NCBI GenBank assembly: GCA_052246995.1
Contig: JBQPWD010000004.1
Location: forward strand, 1 to 64,000
Origin: Candidatus Bathyarchaeota archaeon
Lineage (GTDB): Archaea > Thermoproteota > Bathyarchaeia > Hecatellales > Hecatellaceae
Reading direction: 5' to 3'
Length of the DNA: 64,000 nt
Shown here one piece after another: positions 1-9,740 of the stretch. Positions within the stretch are counted from its first letter, which is position 1. Every line of letters starts with the position of its first letter. Position numbers and translations under genes: made by a program. Under the pieces are notes generated by a model that worked only from the letters and a program-made list of their open reading frames with translations, had not been told where the DNA came from and did no database searches.

Positions 1-1254
1 TAAAGCACAGTCTCCAGTGTTAGTTACAACATATGTGAATGTTACAGTGCTTCCAACCTCAGCCTTAGCTGGACCTGACTTTGTCAAGCTAATACCAGGA
101 TGTAGTACTTGAACTGTGGCTGTTGCTGTAGCTGTTACCGTGGCACCATCCGATGTTGTTCCAGTTGCTGTTGCCGTGTTTGTTATTGAAGATTCTGATG
201 TTGTTAATGTTACGGTTTTTGTGAATGTTGCAGAGTTTCCTGCAGCCAAACTGTATCCTGTAACAATTGTACCTGCAACGTCGTCAACCAAGTTCACTGT
301 TAAAGCACAGTCTCCAGTGTTAGTTACAACATACGTGTAGGTGACACTACCACCATTTGTAACCTTTGGTACACTTGGAGTTTTTGTAAGTTCAAGACCT
401 GGACGCATAAGAACATTTGCACCCATTATTTGATTGTCCTGGCTGCCCAATGATGCACCGTCAAGCTCAAACAGCTTGAAGTGGTAGGGTCCACCGCTGA
501 TTTGGCTTGAACCCAAACCTATACCCCAAGCAATAGGATTCTTAGTTGGATCTCCGGACATGGCTAGATGTCCAGCCATTTCTATTAAAATCTGGTCTGA
601 CTCAGATGTCCATGTTAAAGTGTAATGGATAAATGAGTCGCCCGTGTCACCACCATTTGGAACATCATGATATATTTGGGTGAATGAGGCTGAAGTGATA
701 GGTTTGTTTCCACATATCCTGATATATCGGTCTCCGTAAGCTGCCTCATACGCGTTAATTCTATCTTGGGTTGAACCATCCTTGCTCATGAATGGATCAT
801 CTGGGACTTCAACATAATATTCGTATGCTCCTGAAGTGGGAGCCTCATGTAGATATTCACATATTTCAGCAAGAGTTTTTGGTGGACCAATGTCTTCTCC
901 CCATGGAGTATATGTCAATGGCGGATCGTTTCCCTGATTCCAACCTACAAGAAAGTCGTATGCATGTATTCCACCCTTTGTAGCTTCATGAGATAGGGTT
1001 AAAGTATGCACATTACCTGATGTAGACGGTATTTCTGTGAAAACAATCCTCTGAGGCACGGACATACCCTCATAATACCTTGAATTACTCTTCTGCAAAA
1101 TCGAAGTAATCCATTTGTCATCAAGATTTGCATACTGCTTAAAATCAGTTTTTAGCGCAGCATTTGCAGTCATTATTGAAATTGAAAATGCTGAGAATGC
1201 GATTGAAAACACCAACAATAAACCAACCAGCATTTGTATATTTTTAGCTTTCAT
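1..1254 (-). CDS. Secreted/cell-surface protein with ~100-aa Ig-like repeats (DUF11/DUF7507-like); 3' end runs off the window
   Basis: Not in the ORF track because it has no stop in the window. Manual translation from ATG 1254: MKAKNIQMLVGLLLVFSIAFSAFSISIMTANA (signal peptide), then an open frame to base 1. Contains two 'LTK...VTY/FTYVVTNTGDCAL' repeats 300 nt apart (1-33 identical to 301-333). SD-like GAAAGGAG at 1270-1263. Confidence 0.85.
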   Translation of the reverse strand, partial: MKAKNIQMLVGLLLVFSIAFSAFSISIMTANAALKTDFKQYANLDDKWITSILQKSNSRYYEGMSVPQRIVFTEIPSTSGNVHTLTLSHEATKGGIHAYDFLVGWNQGNDPPLTYTPWGEDIGPPKTLAEICEYLHEAPTSGAYEYYVEVPDDPFMSKDGSTQDRINAYEAAYGDRYIRICGNKPITSASFTQIYHDVPNGGDTGDSFIHYTLTWTSESDQILIEMAGHLAMSGDPTKNPIAWGIGLGSSQISGGPYHFKLFELDGASLGSQDNQIMGANVLMRPGLELTKTPSVPKVTNGGSVTYTYVVTNTGDCALTVNLVDDVAGTIVTGYSLAAGNSATFTKTVTLTTSESSITNTATATGTTSDGATVTATATATVQVLHPGISLTKSGPAKAEVGSTVTFTYVVTNTGDCAL

Positions 1255-1279
1255 TTTCTTTTCTCCTTTCAATTTTATT

Positions 1280-1424
1280 AGGGAAGAAAAAGCAGAAAAC
1301 CCGAGAAGAATTTCTACCCTTCTTCCTAAGGGAAGAAAAAGCAGAAAACCCGAGAAGAATTTCTACCCTTCTTCCTAAGGGAAGAAAAAGCAGAAAACCC
1401 GAGAAGAATTTCTACCCTTCTTCC
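1280..1424. repeat. Three tandem copies of a 49-bp unit, each an imperfect inverted repeat
   Basis: AGGGAAGAAAAAGCAGAAAACCCGAGAAGAATTTCTACCCTTCTTCC(TA) starts at 1280, 1329 and 1378; no spacers between copies. Confidence 0.97.
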
Positions 1425-1447
1425 GCATATATGAGGTACATACGTCC

Positions 1448-1453
1448 ATTTAA
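1448..1453 (-). promoter_or_regulatory. Putative TATA box for the surface-protein transcript
   Basis: TTAAAT on the minus strand ~25 nt upstream of the repeat array edge; flanked by AGGTACATA direct repeats at 1434-1442 and 1474-1482. Confidence 0.35.
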
Positions 1454-1639
1454 GCATTATGTAACGCTATGACAGGTACATAAAAAAATTTATATATCAA
1501 ATATATAAAACCTTTTACAACATGTTCACAAAACAAGAATTCCCAGCCAGGATAATACATTTTATGTTTTCACGTTACACTAGACACTAGGGATAAATAG
1601 AATTACGCCGCATAGAAAAATCTCAATCCAGGTAAGCCT

Positions 1640-2926
1640 TTAACCTTTCTTGTATTTTAATAAAGCTGCAACACCTCCAAAAGACCTTAAAAGCATTTCA
1701 CCCTCCTCATGAGAAGAAGAAATAAACTCAACCTCTACTCCTGCCTTCTCAGCCATTTCTATAAAAATATCCAGCAAACTTTTTTCTTCAACAACTTGAA
1801 GTGTTAAATTACCGCAACCTGGACATGGATTTTTTGATAAATTTAACTTAAAACTTTGAAGCTCAGAAAAACTCATAACCTTATTTTCAACATGGTTGCA
1901 GGTTGAACATACAACCTTAACATTTAAAAGGTCTAACTCCTCAGAAACCAGCAAAGTTTTTACTAACCCATCTTCAACAGCCTTTTTAACCTCATCAACA
2001 CCATAAGTTACGGAGCCACTATCCTTACCAACCTCATAAAGAAACTGTTGAACAAGCTTTTTCTCCTCAACATACCTAACATTTTTTAAAATTTCAGGCG
2101 TCTTTGAAACAACCTCTCTCACACCATACTCATCAGTATACGAAGTGTCAACAACAGCTAAAATTTTACTTTTTAACGTATAATGAAGATAATCCTTTTC
2201 AAGAAACTCGTTTTTTGTTGGACCTGGCCCTGCAACAATTACACCTTTAAGGTCAGAAATCTCCAGAAAAATCTGGTTTGCATATTTTGCAACCCTTTTA
2301 TAGTATTCATTAACCTCTACCTCCCTTAAACGTTCAAACCTTCTTGCAGACTGACCTCCAGCCCTATGTTTACCTGAAATACCTGAAGTTATCGATTTAA
2401 CAACATCTAAACGCCTACCTTTAAGCGTTGCAAAGGTTGCTTCACTACCATCCATAACAAGTATACCATATGTTTCCTTTTCCTTTAAAAGCTCAAGCAA
2501 AGGTTCAACATGAAAACGTGAATCACACCTGTAAAGGTAGATATCCAACGGTTCAGGTGGAACAATAACATATGTTTCAATCTTCTCAGAACCAGGTGGA
2601 CCTTGAGGAATAGCTCCACTAAAAATCACCAAACCTGTTGAAGGAATCTGGTTAAAAAGCTTTAAACGTTGAATAACTCTTTCTATAGCATCTTGAACAT
2701 TATGTCTAGTTGTTTTAGACTTAATGTTTGAAGCAGTTTCATACTCTTGACGTAAAACGTTAAGCACATCACTTACCTGTCTCCCCGGAGGAATGTACAA
2801 GCTTACAAGCTCAGTATGTCTTCCCTCTTTCGAGGCAAGCTCCTCCAGTAACTTTTTCATCTTAAAACGTCTAACAGAAGCCTGTTCAACCGTTAACTCC
2901 TGACTCAGGTTTAGGTTTACCTCCAC
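1640..2926 (-). CDS. prf1: Peptide chain release factor aRF1
   Basis: TASNIKS, YxCDxxF and GGQS motifs; C-terminal CxxC...CxxC insertion. Confidence 0.97.
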   Translation of the reverse strand: MEVNLNLSQELTVEQASVRRFKMKKLLEELASKEGRHTELVSLYIPPGRQVSDVLNVLRQEYETASNIKSKTTRHNVQDAIERVIQRLKLFNQIPSTGLVIFSGAIPQGPPGSEKIETYVIVPPEPLDIYLYRCDSRFHVEPLLELLKEKETYGILVMDGSEATFATLKGRRLDVVKSITSGISGKHRAGGQSARRFERLREVEVNEYYKRVAKYANQIFLEISDLKGVIVAGPGPTKNEFLEKDYLHYTLKSKILAVVDTSYTDEYGVREVVSKTPEILKNVRYVEEKKLVQQFLYEVGKDSGSVTYGVDEVKKAVEDGLVKTLLVSEELDLLNVKVVCSTCNHVENKVMSFSELQSFKLNLSKNPCPGCGNLTLQVVEEKSLLDIFIEMAEKAGVEVEFISSSHEEGEMLLRSFGGVAALLKYKKG

Positions 2927-3093
2927 ACAACCAAACTTCTCTCTTTATTTGATGTTTTTAAGCTTTAAAAAGCTTTTACCAACCTAAATGTCAGTTTAAA
3001 TCTAACTTAACACTAAAAGCTACAAACCAAGACTATTTAACTAAAAGCTTAACCTAAATAATATTAACGTTAAAAAGGGTGGCGTAAAAGGTT

Positions 3094-3771
3094 TTGAAGG
3101 TTGTTTTAAAACTTGGAAAATTTCTTTTCCCACTCTACCCCAACCTAAAACTACTCAAAGAGTACGTAACAATCATTGAAAACCTAGCCGAAAAAGGAGG
3201 TAAAACAGTTATCATCACCGGAGGAGGTGAACTGGCAAAACAATATATTAAGGCCGCCAGAGAAGGAGAACTTAACGAATCCATCTGCGACCTTATAGGA
3301 ATTAAAATTTCAAGAGTTAACGCCTACCTTTTCGCTTCAATGTTTAAAGATTACGCCTGCCAACATATACCTGAAAACCTGGAGGAATTAATGTCTGCTG
3401 TACAATCATGGAGAATAGTTGTTTTAGGCGGTTTAACACCAGGCCACTCAACCACAACTGTTGGAGCCTTAGCCGCTGAAGCCATCCATGCTGACTGTTA
3501 CATTATAGCTAGCGATGTTGAAGGTATTTACAACAAAGACCCAACAACATTTAAAGATGCAAAACTACTTAAAACTGTAACAACAAAAAACGCCTTCAAA
3601 ATAGCTGTAAAAGGAAACCTATGGGCAGGAGAATATAAAATTGACCCATTAGCCATAAAAATCATTGAAAGATCTAAGATTCCAACCTACTTTATAGATG
3701 GAAGAAAAACGGAAAACTTTTTAAAGATTTTAAATGGAGAAAAAACTGGAACATACATCAAACCCGTCTAA
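3094..3771 (+). CDS. pyrH: UMP kinase (archaeal type)
   Basis: VVLKLG, ITGGG, GGLTPGHST and DVEGIYNKDP amino-acid-kinase family motifs. Confidence 0.9.
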   Translation: MKVVLKLGKFLFPLYPNLKLLKEYVTIIENLAEKGGKTVIITGGGELAKQYIKAAREGELNESICDLIGIKISRVNAYLFASMFKDYACQHIPENLEELMSAVQSWRIVVLGGLTPGHSTTTVGALAAEAIHADCYIIASDVEGIYNKDPTTFKDAKLLKTVTTKNAFKIAVKGNLWAGEYKIDPLAIKIIERSKIPTYFIDGRKTENFLKILNGEKTGTYIKPV

Positions 3772-3789
3772 ACAGGTGAGGCGTAAAAC

Positions 3790-4062
3790 ATGAGGTTAGA
3801 AAGGATTTTTGGCAGTAAAATGCAAACAAGACTTGTAGAATATCTTTTACAAAACCATACCAAAGTTTTTAACCAAGCAGGATTATCCCGTTTTCTTAGA
3901 TGTTCTCCCTCAACCATTGCAAGAATTATTGAACCCCTAGTCCAAGAAGGCATAATACTTTACGAGCAAATTTCAGGACAAATGAAGATTCTAGCTTTAA
4001 ACCTTGAATCTGAAAAGGTTAAAGTTCTCATAGACTTTTATGAAAAAATTAAAAAGTTGTAG
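3790..4062 (+). CDS. Small winged helix-turn-helix protein
   Basis: IFGSK...LSRFLRCSPSTIARIIEPLVQEGII HTH pattern; SD GGTGAGG upstream. Confidence 0.7.
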   Translation: MRLERIFGSKMQTRLVEYLLQNHTKVFNQAGLSRFLRCSPSTIARIIEPLVQEGIILYEQISGQMKILALNLESEKVKVLIDFYEKIKKL

Positions 4063-4248
4063 AAAACGGTTAGTAAAACTTCAAAATAAATAAAACATAT
4101 CACCATTTAAACGCAAAACTACAAACTGTTTGAGAGAGTAATCCATCACTTTAACTCCTAAAAACCTGTTGACCACAACATTCCACAGCTATTTAAAAAC
4201 TAAAAAAGTTGTTTAAGATGAGAGTTAAAAGTTTAAGAAAACCTTCAT

Positions 4249-6186
4249 CTAGATTTTGCAGGCTACTTCCCATCCTTCATGAACTGCCTCCAAAATTCTT
4301 CTAGCTTCCACACAATCCCCAACTTTATGGATGGTTAAACCTTTATCTTTAAGCTTATTGTAAAGTTCCTGGTCTGCAACCATACCAACAGCTAAAATAA
4401 CGTTATCCGCCTTAATGTTTTCACGTTTACCTTCTCTTTCAACAACAGCTCCTTCATCAACAATTTCTACAAGTTTTGTGTTTGTCATTATTTTAATGTT
4501 CGGATTTTCTCTAAGTCTTTTAACAATAACCCATCTGGATGTAGGCCCAACATCTGACGCTATCCTGCTAAGCATTTCAACAAGTACAACTTTTTTACCT
4601 TTTTCAGCTAAAAATTCTGAAGTTTCACATCCAACCATTCCTCCTCCAGCAACAACAACACTACCCCCAACACTTACACGCTCCATTAAAACATCAACAG
4701 CTATAACAACGTGTTTTTTATCTATCCCTGGAATTTTTGGAACTAACGGTTTAGAGCCTGTTGCAACTATAACCTCATCAAAACCCCCCTTAACAACATC
4801 TCCAACATCAACATACTTACCAGTTTTAACCTCAACACCAAGCATACTCAGCTGATTAACCAGATAATCAACAAATTTAAGAATTTCATCCTTGTAGGGA
4901 GCTTTAGATGCAGCATGCAAATTTCCTCCAAGCTTATCAGACTGCTCCCACAAGGTAACCTTATGCCCTCTTAAAGCTGCAACTCTTGCAGCCTCCATCC
5001 CAGCAGGACCACCACCAACAACCAAAATCTTTTTAGTTTTTTCAGCAGGTTTTACCATTTTTTCCCATTCTCTTCCAACCTCAGCATTAACTGCACATTT
5101 AACCCCCCTATGTTCACCAAGAAACATTCCCATTATAATTTCATCAAAACACCTACAACAAGCAATACAAACCCTAACCTCGTTAAACCTACCCTCAACA
5201 GATTTTTTAACTATGTAGGGGTCTGCCAAATGTGCCCTAGATAACGCTATAAGGTCAGCTTTACCCTCACCAATAATTTGATTCGCAATTCTTACATCGT
5301 TAATTCTTCCAACAGCAACAACAGGAATCTTAATAACTTTCTTCATTTCTTCAGCCAACGATACAAAAAACCCATGTTTAACATCCATTGTTAACATGGG
5401 TACAGGCGACTCATGCCACCCAGCCCAAACATGAAACATATGCACCCCTGCTTCTTCAACCTTCCTAGCAAAAATCTTAGATTCCTCCATTGTAAGACCA
5501 CCTGGAAAATAATCGGAAACACTGTGTTTATAAGATATTGGAAAGTTTACACCTGTTTTCTTCTTAATATTTCTAATAACCTCCAAGGCGAACGTTGACC
5601 TACCATTAATGTCTCCACCATACTTATCCGTTCTCTTATTTGTTATAGGCGAGATAAACTGGCTTAAAAGGTATCCGGTAGAACCCATAAGTTCAACAGC
5701 ATCAAAACCAGCTTCCATAGCTCTTCTAGCAGCATCACCAAACTTTTCAACAATATCTTCAACCTCCTCGCTTGTTAACTCTCTAGGTGTTTCACCAGTA
5801 TACCTTGAAGGTATGGGTGAGGGTGCAACAGGTTGTGTGCCTATAATCCTAGATAAAGCATATCTTCCAGCATGATTTAACTGGATAGCAGCATAGGCTC
5901 CATTTTTCTTTATAGCCTTTGCAAGCTTACTTAACCCATCAATATACTTATCATCATCTATTCTTAACGTATACGGACCAAAACCTCCAACAGGATCTAT
6001 GGATGTTGCTTCAACAATAACCATTGCCGGGCCACCTTTAGCCCTTTCAGCATAATACTCAATCATTTTCTGGGTTGGATGACCATTCTCATCTGCAAAC
6101 CCAGTACCCATAGGCCCCATTAAAATCCTGTTTTTTAATGTTAAAGGACCAATATCTATTGGCTGAAAAACATTTTTAAGACTCAA
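4249..6186 (-). CDS. NADH:flavin oxidoreductase, old yellow enzyme / 2,4-dienoyl-CoA reductase (FadH)-like
   Basis: LKNRI, QLNHAGR, GYLLSQF.SP..NKRTDKYGG, Fe-S motif CIACCRC...C, GGGPAGMEAA FAD-binding motif. Confidence 0.9.
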   Translation of the reverse strand: MSLKNVFQPIDIGPLTLKNRILMGPMGTGFADENGHPTQKMIEYYAERAKGGPAMVIVEATSIDPVGGFGPYTLRIDDDKYIDGLSKLAKAIKKNGAYAAIQLNHAGRYALSRIIGTQPVAPSPIPSRYTGETPRELTSEEVEDIVEKFGDAARRAMEAGFDAVELMGSTGYLLSQFISPITNKRTDKYGGDINGRSTFALEVIRNIKKKTGVNFPISYKHSVSDYFPGGLTMEESKIFARKVEEAGVHMFHVWAGWHESPVPMLTMDVKHGFFVSLAEEMKKVIKIPVVAVGRINDVRIANQIIGEGKADLIALSRAHLADPYIVKKSVEGRFNEVRVCIACCRCFDEIIMGMFLGEHRGVKCAVNAEVGREWEKMVKPAEKTKKILVVGGGPAGMEAARVAALRGHKVTLWEQSDKLGGNLHAASKAPYKDEILKFVDYLVNQLSMLGVEVKTGKYVDVGDVVKGGFDEVIVATGSKPLVPKIPGIDKKHVVIAVDVLMERVSVGGSVVVAGGGMVGCETSEFLAEKGKKVVLVEMLSRIASDVGPTSRWVIVKRLRENPNIKIMTNTKLVEIVDEGAVVEREGKRENIKADNVILAVGMVADQELYNKLKDKGLTIHKVGDCVEARRILEAVHEGWEVACKI

Positions 6187-6263
6187 ACTTTTTCCACCTA
6201 CATTAAGTTGATTGTTAAAATATTTATTTAGCCTTTATGTACTATTTAATTTTAAGCAAAAAA

Positions 6264-6797
6264 TTAACTTCCACCTACAAGCCTACCCAGATTTTTTAGA
6301 CATTCTTCAACCTCTGTCCTCTCAAAATCAATAAACGGGATATCCAGCCTTTTTTTCTTAAACTCATCCAAAAGCTCCTCAATAAGTATACCTTTACCCT
6401 CAACCTCAACATCCTTCCCATCCTTTTTTATCCAAACTTTTTCCACACCACAACTAGGACTTCCTCTTTTACCTATTAAGCATAAAACTTTAAAACCGCT
6501 TCTAACATACCCCTCAGCAAGACTTACAACATTTTTAGCAATAACCCTACAATGTTTACGATATTCTAATGTATCCATGTCGGTTTTAGTTTGAGACTTT
6601 CTTATAAAACCAAATATAGGCTGTTCGGGGCATGGAAGCTGAACAATACTAACCTTTTTTTCCATAAGAAAACTTAAAACCTCATTTATCATCGCAGGCC
6701 AGATTGTTGGAGTTTTTGGACCTACAGCAACAGCATTAGAATTAAGTATACAATGAACAACAAAAACAACTTTCATACTTCTACCATCATTAATCAT
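6264..6797 (-). CDS. DUF523 / TudS-related (CD3072-like) Fe-S protein
   Basis: HCILN, QLPCPEQ, GSPSCG and GILIEEL motifs; real start probably at the second Met. Confidence 0.75.
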   Translation of the reverse strand: MINDGRSMKVVFVVHCILNSNAVAVGPKTPTIWPAMINEVLSFLMEKKVSIVQLPCPEQPIFGFIRKSQTKTDMDTLEYRKHCRVIAKNVVSLAEGYVRSGFKVLCLIGKRGSPSCGVEKVWIKKDGKDVEVEGKGILIEELLDEFKKKRLDIPFIDFERTEVEECLKNLGRLVGGS

Positions 6798-7461
6798 GAG
6801 ATGTCCTCTTATCCAGCCTTAAACTAGTAAAAGAGTTTTTACCTTTTTCCTTTATGATTTCAAGAGAATCTAAAAATTTTAAGGTTAACTTTAAAATTTT
6901 TAAATCTCCTCCAACCTCTAAATACTTCTCAGAAAAGTTATGTAAAATCTTTACATAGTTTACTGTTGACTCTAACGGTTTGTAAAAACTAAGAAACAAA
7001 AGTGAAACGACCAAGTCCCAAGCCATAAAGGACTTGTTAAAGCTTCTTATCGCCTGTTCTCCATCAACCACATAAACTTCATTACAGTTTTTAATAAAGT
7101 TTGAAGGTTTACTATCCCCTAAACACCATCCCTCCTTATGGATGGCTGCAAGCGTTTCAGCTAAATTTTCTGTGGCTTTAAGGATATCCATCTCTGAAAG
7201 TTTTTCACCTTCAACAAATTCCCTTTCCATTATTTTTCCTTCCCAATCAACAAGGTAAACTCTTGGAACCCTAAAATTATTATGAGGTGAAGTAAAAAAC
7301 TCATATTCTCTTTTAAGCCTCTCCTCAGCTAAAAGTGTAAACGGATAAAACGGTTTAAACGGTAACGAAATAAGCCACTTTACACTGGGTAAATCTAAAA
7401 ACCTTTTAACAACAACTTTCACGTGTCCTTTATCAACAATTTTTGCTTGCTCCAAAACCAA
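6790..7461 (-). CDS. Atypical protein-kinase-like fold protein (Bud32/Kdo/RIO-like)
   Basis: VVVKRF, MEREFVEG hinge, catalytic loop H...LGDSKPSN, VVDGEQ; no obvious Gly-rich loop, possibly N-truncated. Confidence 0.65.
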   Translation of the reverse strand: MVLEQAKIVDKGHVKVVVKRFLDLPSVKWLISLPFKPFYPFTLLAEERLKREYEFFTSPHNNFRVPRVYLVDWEGKIMEREFVEGEKLSEMDILKATENLAETLAAIHKEGWCLGDSKPSNFIKNCNEVYVVDGEQAIRSFNKSFMAWDLVVSLLFLSFYKPLESTVNYVKILHNFSEKYLEVGGDLKILKLTLKFLDSLEIIKEKGKNSFTSLRLDKRTSHD

Positions 7462-7687
7462 ATTTGAAGTCTACCTACAAAATTGTAAGCATCTGAACAA
7501 TATAAGGATAAACTATTAAAATAAGAAGAAAACTGCCAGAAAAAATTTTCCCAATAAGGATAATAGATAGGAAAAATGTAACAACTACCCAAAACCAAAA
7601 ACTTCCATTTTTTAAGCAAAAACTTAAAATTTAAGAAGTTCTAATAAAAGAATTCACTTTAAATCTTGTTAACACTATTTTTTCCAC

Positions 7688-8011
7688 TTGGTGTTGCTTA
7701 TGGTTGTTATTGTAGAGTTTTCACTAATTCCTATAGGAGTTGGTGAAAGTTTAAGCAAAACTTTAGCTTACGCATTGAAAGAGTTAGAAAAAATGAACAT
7801 TAAATTTCAGATTACCCCTATGTGTACAATTTTTGAAGCTGAAAGCATAGATGAAGCCTTTAACATAGTTAAAGCATGCCATGAAGCGTTTATCAAACAA
7901 GGAGTAAAACGAGTTTTAACAAGTGTAAAAGTTGATGACAGAAGGGATGTTGAAAGAAGAAACATGATGGAAAAAGTTAAGTCTATAGAGGACAAGTTAA
8001 AGAAAATGTAG
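7688..8011 (+). CDS. MTH1187/YkoF family thiamine-binding protein
   Basis: EFSLIPIG.GESLS...TPMCTIFEA...RVLTSVKVDDRRD. Confidence 0.88.
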   Translation: MVLLMVVIVEFSLIPIGVGESLSKTLAYALKELEKMNIKFQITPMCTIFEAESIDEAFNIVKACHEAFIKQGVKRVLTSVKVDDRRDVERRNMMEKVKSIEDKLKKM

Positions 8012-8027
8012 TGGTGTTGTAAGTTTA

Positions 8028-8798
8028 ATGAAAAATTGTGGAATAATCATTGTTGGAAACGAAATTCTTCAAGGATATGTTCAAGATACAAACTCAAGAT
8101 GGATCGCCAGAAAACTTACAGATTTAGGATATAATGTTAAAATCATGCTTGTTGTTGGAGATGTTATTGAAGATATCGGTGAAGCTTTAACTTTAACTTT
8201 TAAACTTAATCTCGACTTTGTATTTGTTTGCGGAGGTTTAGGACCAACTCCAGATGATAAAACCGTTGAAGCTGTAGCAAAACACTTTAACATTAAACTT
8301 ACACAGAATAAGAATGTTTTGGATGAAATTTCAAGAAAAATTTCCTTTTTAAAAGGAAAAGGTATAGTAGACATCAACCAGTCAAAATGGATAACCAAAA
8401 TGACATATATACCTGAGGGAAGCATACCTCTAAAAAATAGCCTTGGACTTGCACCAGGTATTCTCCTACAATTTAAAGGAAAAAACATATTCATGCTTCC
8501 AGGCGTCCCAGTTGAAATGAAAACTATTTTTGCTGAAGAAGTTGAACCCAGAATTGGAGTTGGGGAAAGAAGGGTTGTAAAAGAAATAGTATTAAAAAGT
8601 GAGGAGTCAAAATTTTCTGACATTGTGGAGAAGCTTGAAAACAAATATAGAAAGATTTGTATAGGAATGTATCCTCACTACGGTAAAATGGAGCTTATTA
8701 TAAGGATTGTAGGAAATGAAGTTGAAGTTTTATCTGCAATAGAAGAAATAAAGAAAGAGTCAGAAAAACTTGGTGTAGAAATTTTAAAGTTAACTTAA
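8028..8798 (+). CDS. CinA N-terminal / molybdopterin-binding domain protein
   Basis: GNEILQG.VQDTNS, GGLGPTPDDKT, LPGVP.EMK. Confidence 0.88.
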   Translation: MKNCGIIIVGNEILQGYVQDTNSRWIARKLTDLGYNVKIMLVVGDVIEDIGEALTLTFKLNLDFVFVCGGLGPTPDDKTVEAVAKHFNIKLTQNKNVLDEISRKISFLKGKGIVDINQSKWITKMTYIPEGSIPLKNSLGLAPGILLQFKGKNIFMLPGVPVEMKTIFAEEVEPRIGVGERRVVKEIVLKSEESKFSDIVEKLENKYRKICIGMYPHYGKMELIIRIVGNEVEVLSAIEEIKKESEKLGVEILKLT

Positions 8799-8801
8799 AA
8801 G

Positions 8802-9473
8802 CTAACTTTCAATCAACGTTTCAAGACGTTTTCTAACTTTACCAGCCTCTTCAGGTGTAACAGGTTTACCAGCTTTCACAATTTCTTGAACACTTTCGTT
8901 TAAAACATCATCTACCGTTTTACCTCTAACCGTTAAAGTTTTATGCTCAACAACTACTGGTTGAGGTTTCAGAAAAACACCCTTAACAAGTATACCATCA
9001 TCTATCTTACTAACTAAAATAAGCCCTATGTCTGCATCGTTACTTAAAACTCTATAGACATCATCTCCAAGACTTGTAGTCGAAATTTTTTTAAAAACGT
9101 AAACTTCAGGTTTTTTAACCTCCCCAGCTGAAAAAGCTAAAATTTTGGGTACTTCTAGCTTAACAATTTTTTCAATTTCTTCATCTGGAAATCTTCTACA
9201 AACTTCAAGCTTTAAGGTGTTATAGTTCCAAATAACTTCTCCATTCTTAACGTCATACTCAACCTTAACTCTAACTACATCTCCCCTTTCAGCTTTTAGT
9301 TTTTCAACAAGTAAAATGTAAAGTATTCTATTAAGTTCAGCAATAGCTTTAGCAACATTTTGAGCTGGAATACTACCGTCCTTTACCTGAGTTCTTAACT
9401 GAGCAAAAAGAGTTTTTCTAACTTTACCAGCATAACCTCCAACAATAACAAACCCTGTATTAAGAGCAACCAA
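8802..9473 (-). CDS. DUF2258 (ThermoDBP-related) nucleic-acid-binding protein with C-terminal extension
   Basis: LNTGFVIVGGYAGKVRKTLFAQL...AELNRILY..LV...GDVVRV.VEY matches the DUF2258 pattern. Confidence 0.75.
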   Translation of the reverse strand: MVALNTGFVIVGGYAGKVRKTLFAQLRTQVKDGSIPAQNVAKAIAELNRILYILLVEKLKAERGDVVRVKVEYDVKNGEVIWNYNTLKLEVCRRFPDEEIEKIVKLEVPKILAFSAGEVKKPEVYVFKKISTTSLGDDVYRVLSNDADIGLILVSKIDDGILVKGVFLKPQPVVVEHKTLTVRGKTVDDVLNESVQEIVKAGKPVTPEEAGKVRKRLETLIES

Positions 9474-9740
9474 ATCTTCATCACCATATTAAAACTATGG
9501 TTGACTAAGTATATATTGTAATATTTTTGTTTAATTTTACTTATTATTTTGCACAACGCTAAGCAACACAACTTCATTACGTTAACGATAAAAAGATTTC
9601 AGTAGCTAAACAGTAGAAAAGAGAAAGATATAAATTAAGAGTCTACACTACATAGACCAAGTTTTAACAAAGTTACCATGTTTAGGTTAAGTTATCAAGC
9701 AAAGATAAGAGTTTACCGTTAGAAAAAGGTGTAAAGTAAA

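Noticed and set aside
116-1378. Plus-strand ORFs 116-340, 792-983 and 1115-1378
   Set aside because: Antisense shadows of the surface-protein gene; the repeated peptide in 1115-1378 is just the DNA repeat translated.
1280-1424. Possible mini-CRISPR array
   Set aside because: Units are head-to-tail with no unique spacers, and there are no cas genes in the window.
7419-7619. 66-aa aromatic-rich ORF upstream of the kinase-like gene
   Set aside because: Low-complexity AT-rich sequence with a TTG start and no family features; a frameshifted kinase N-terminus cannot be supported.
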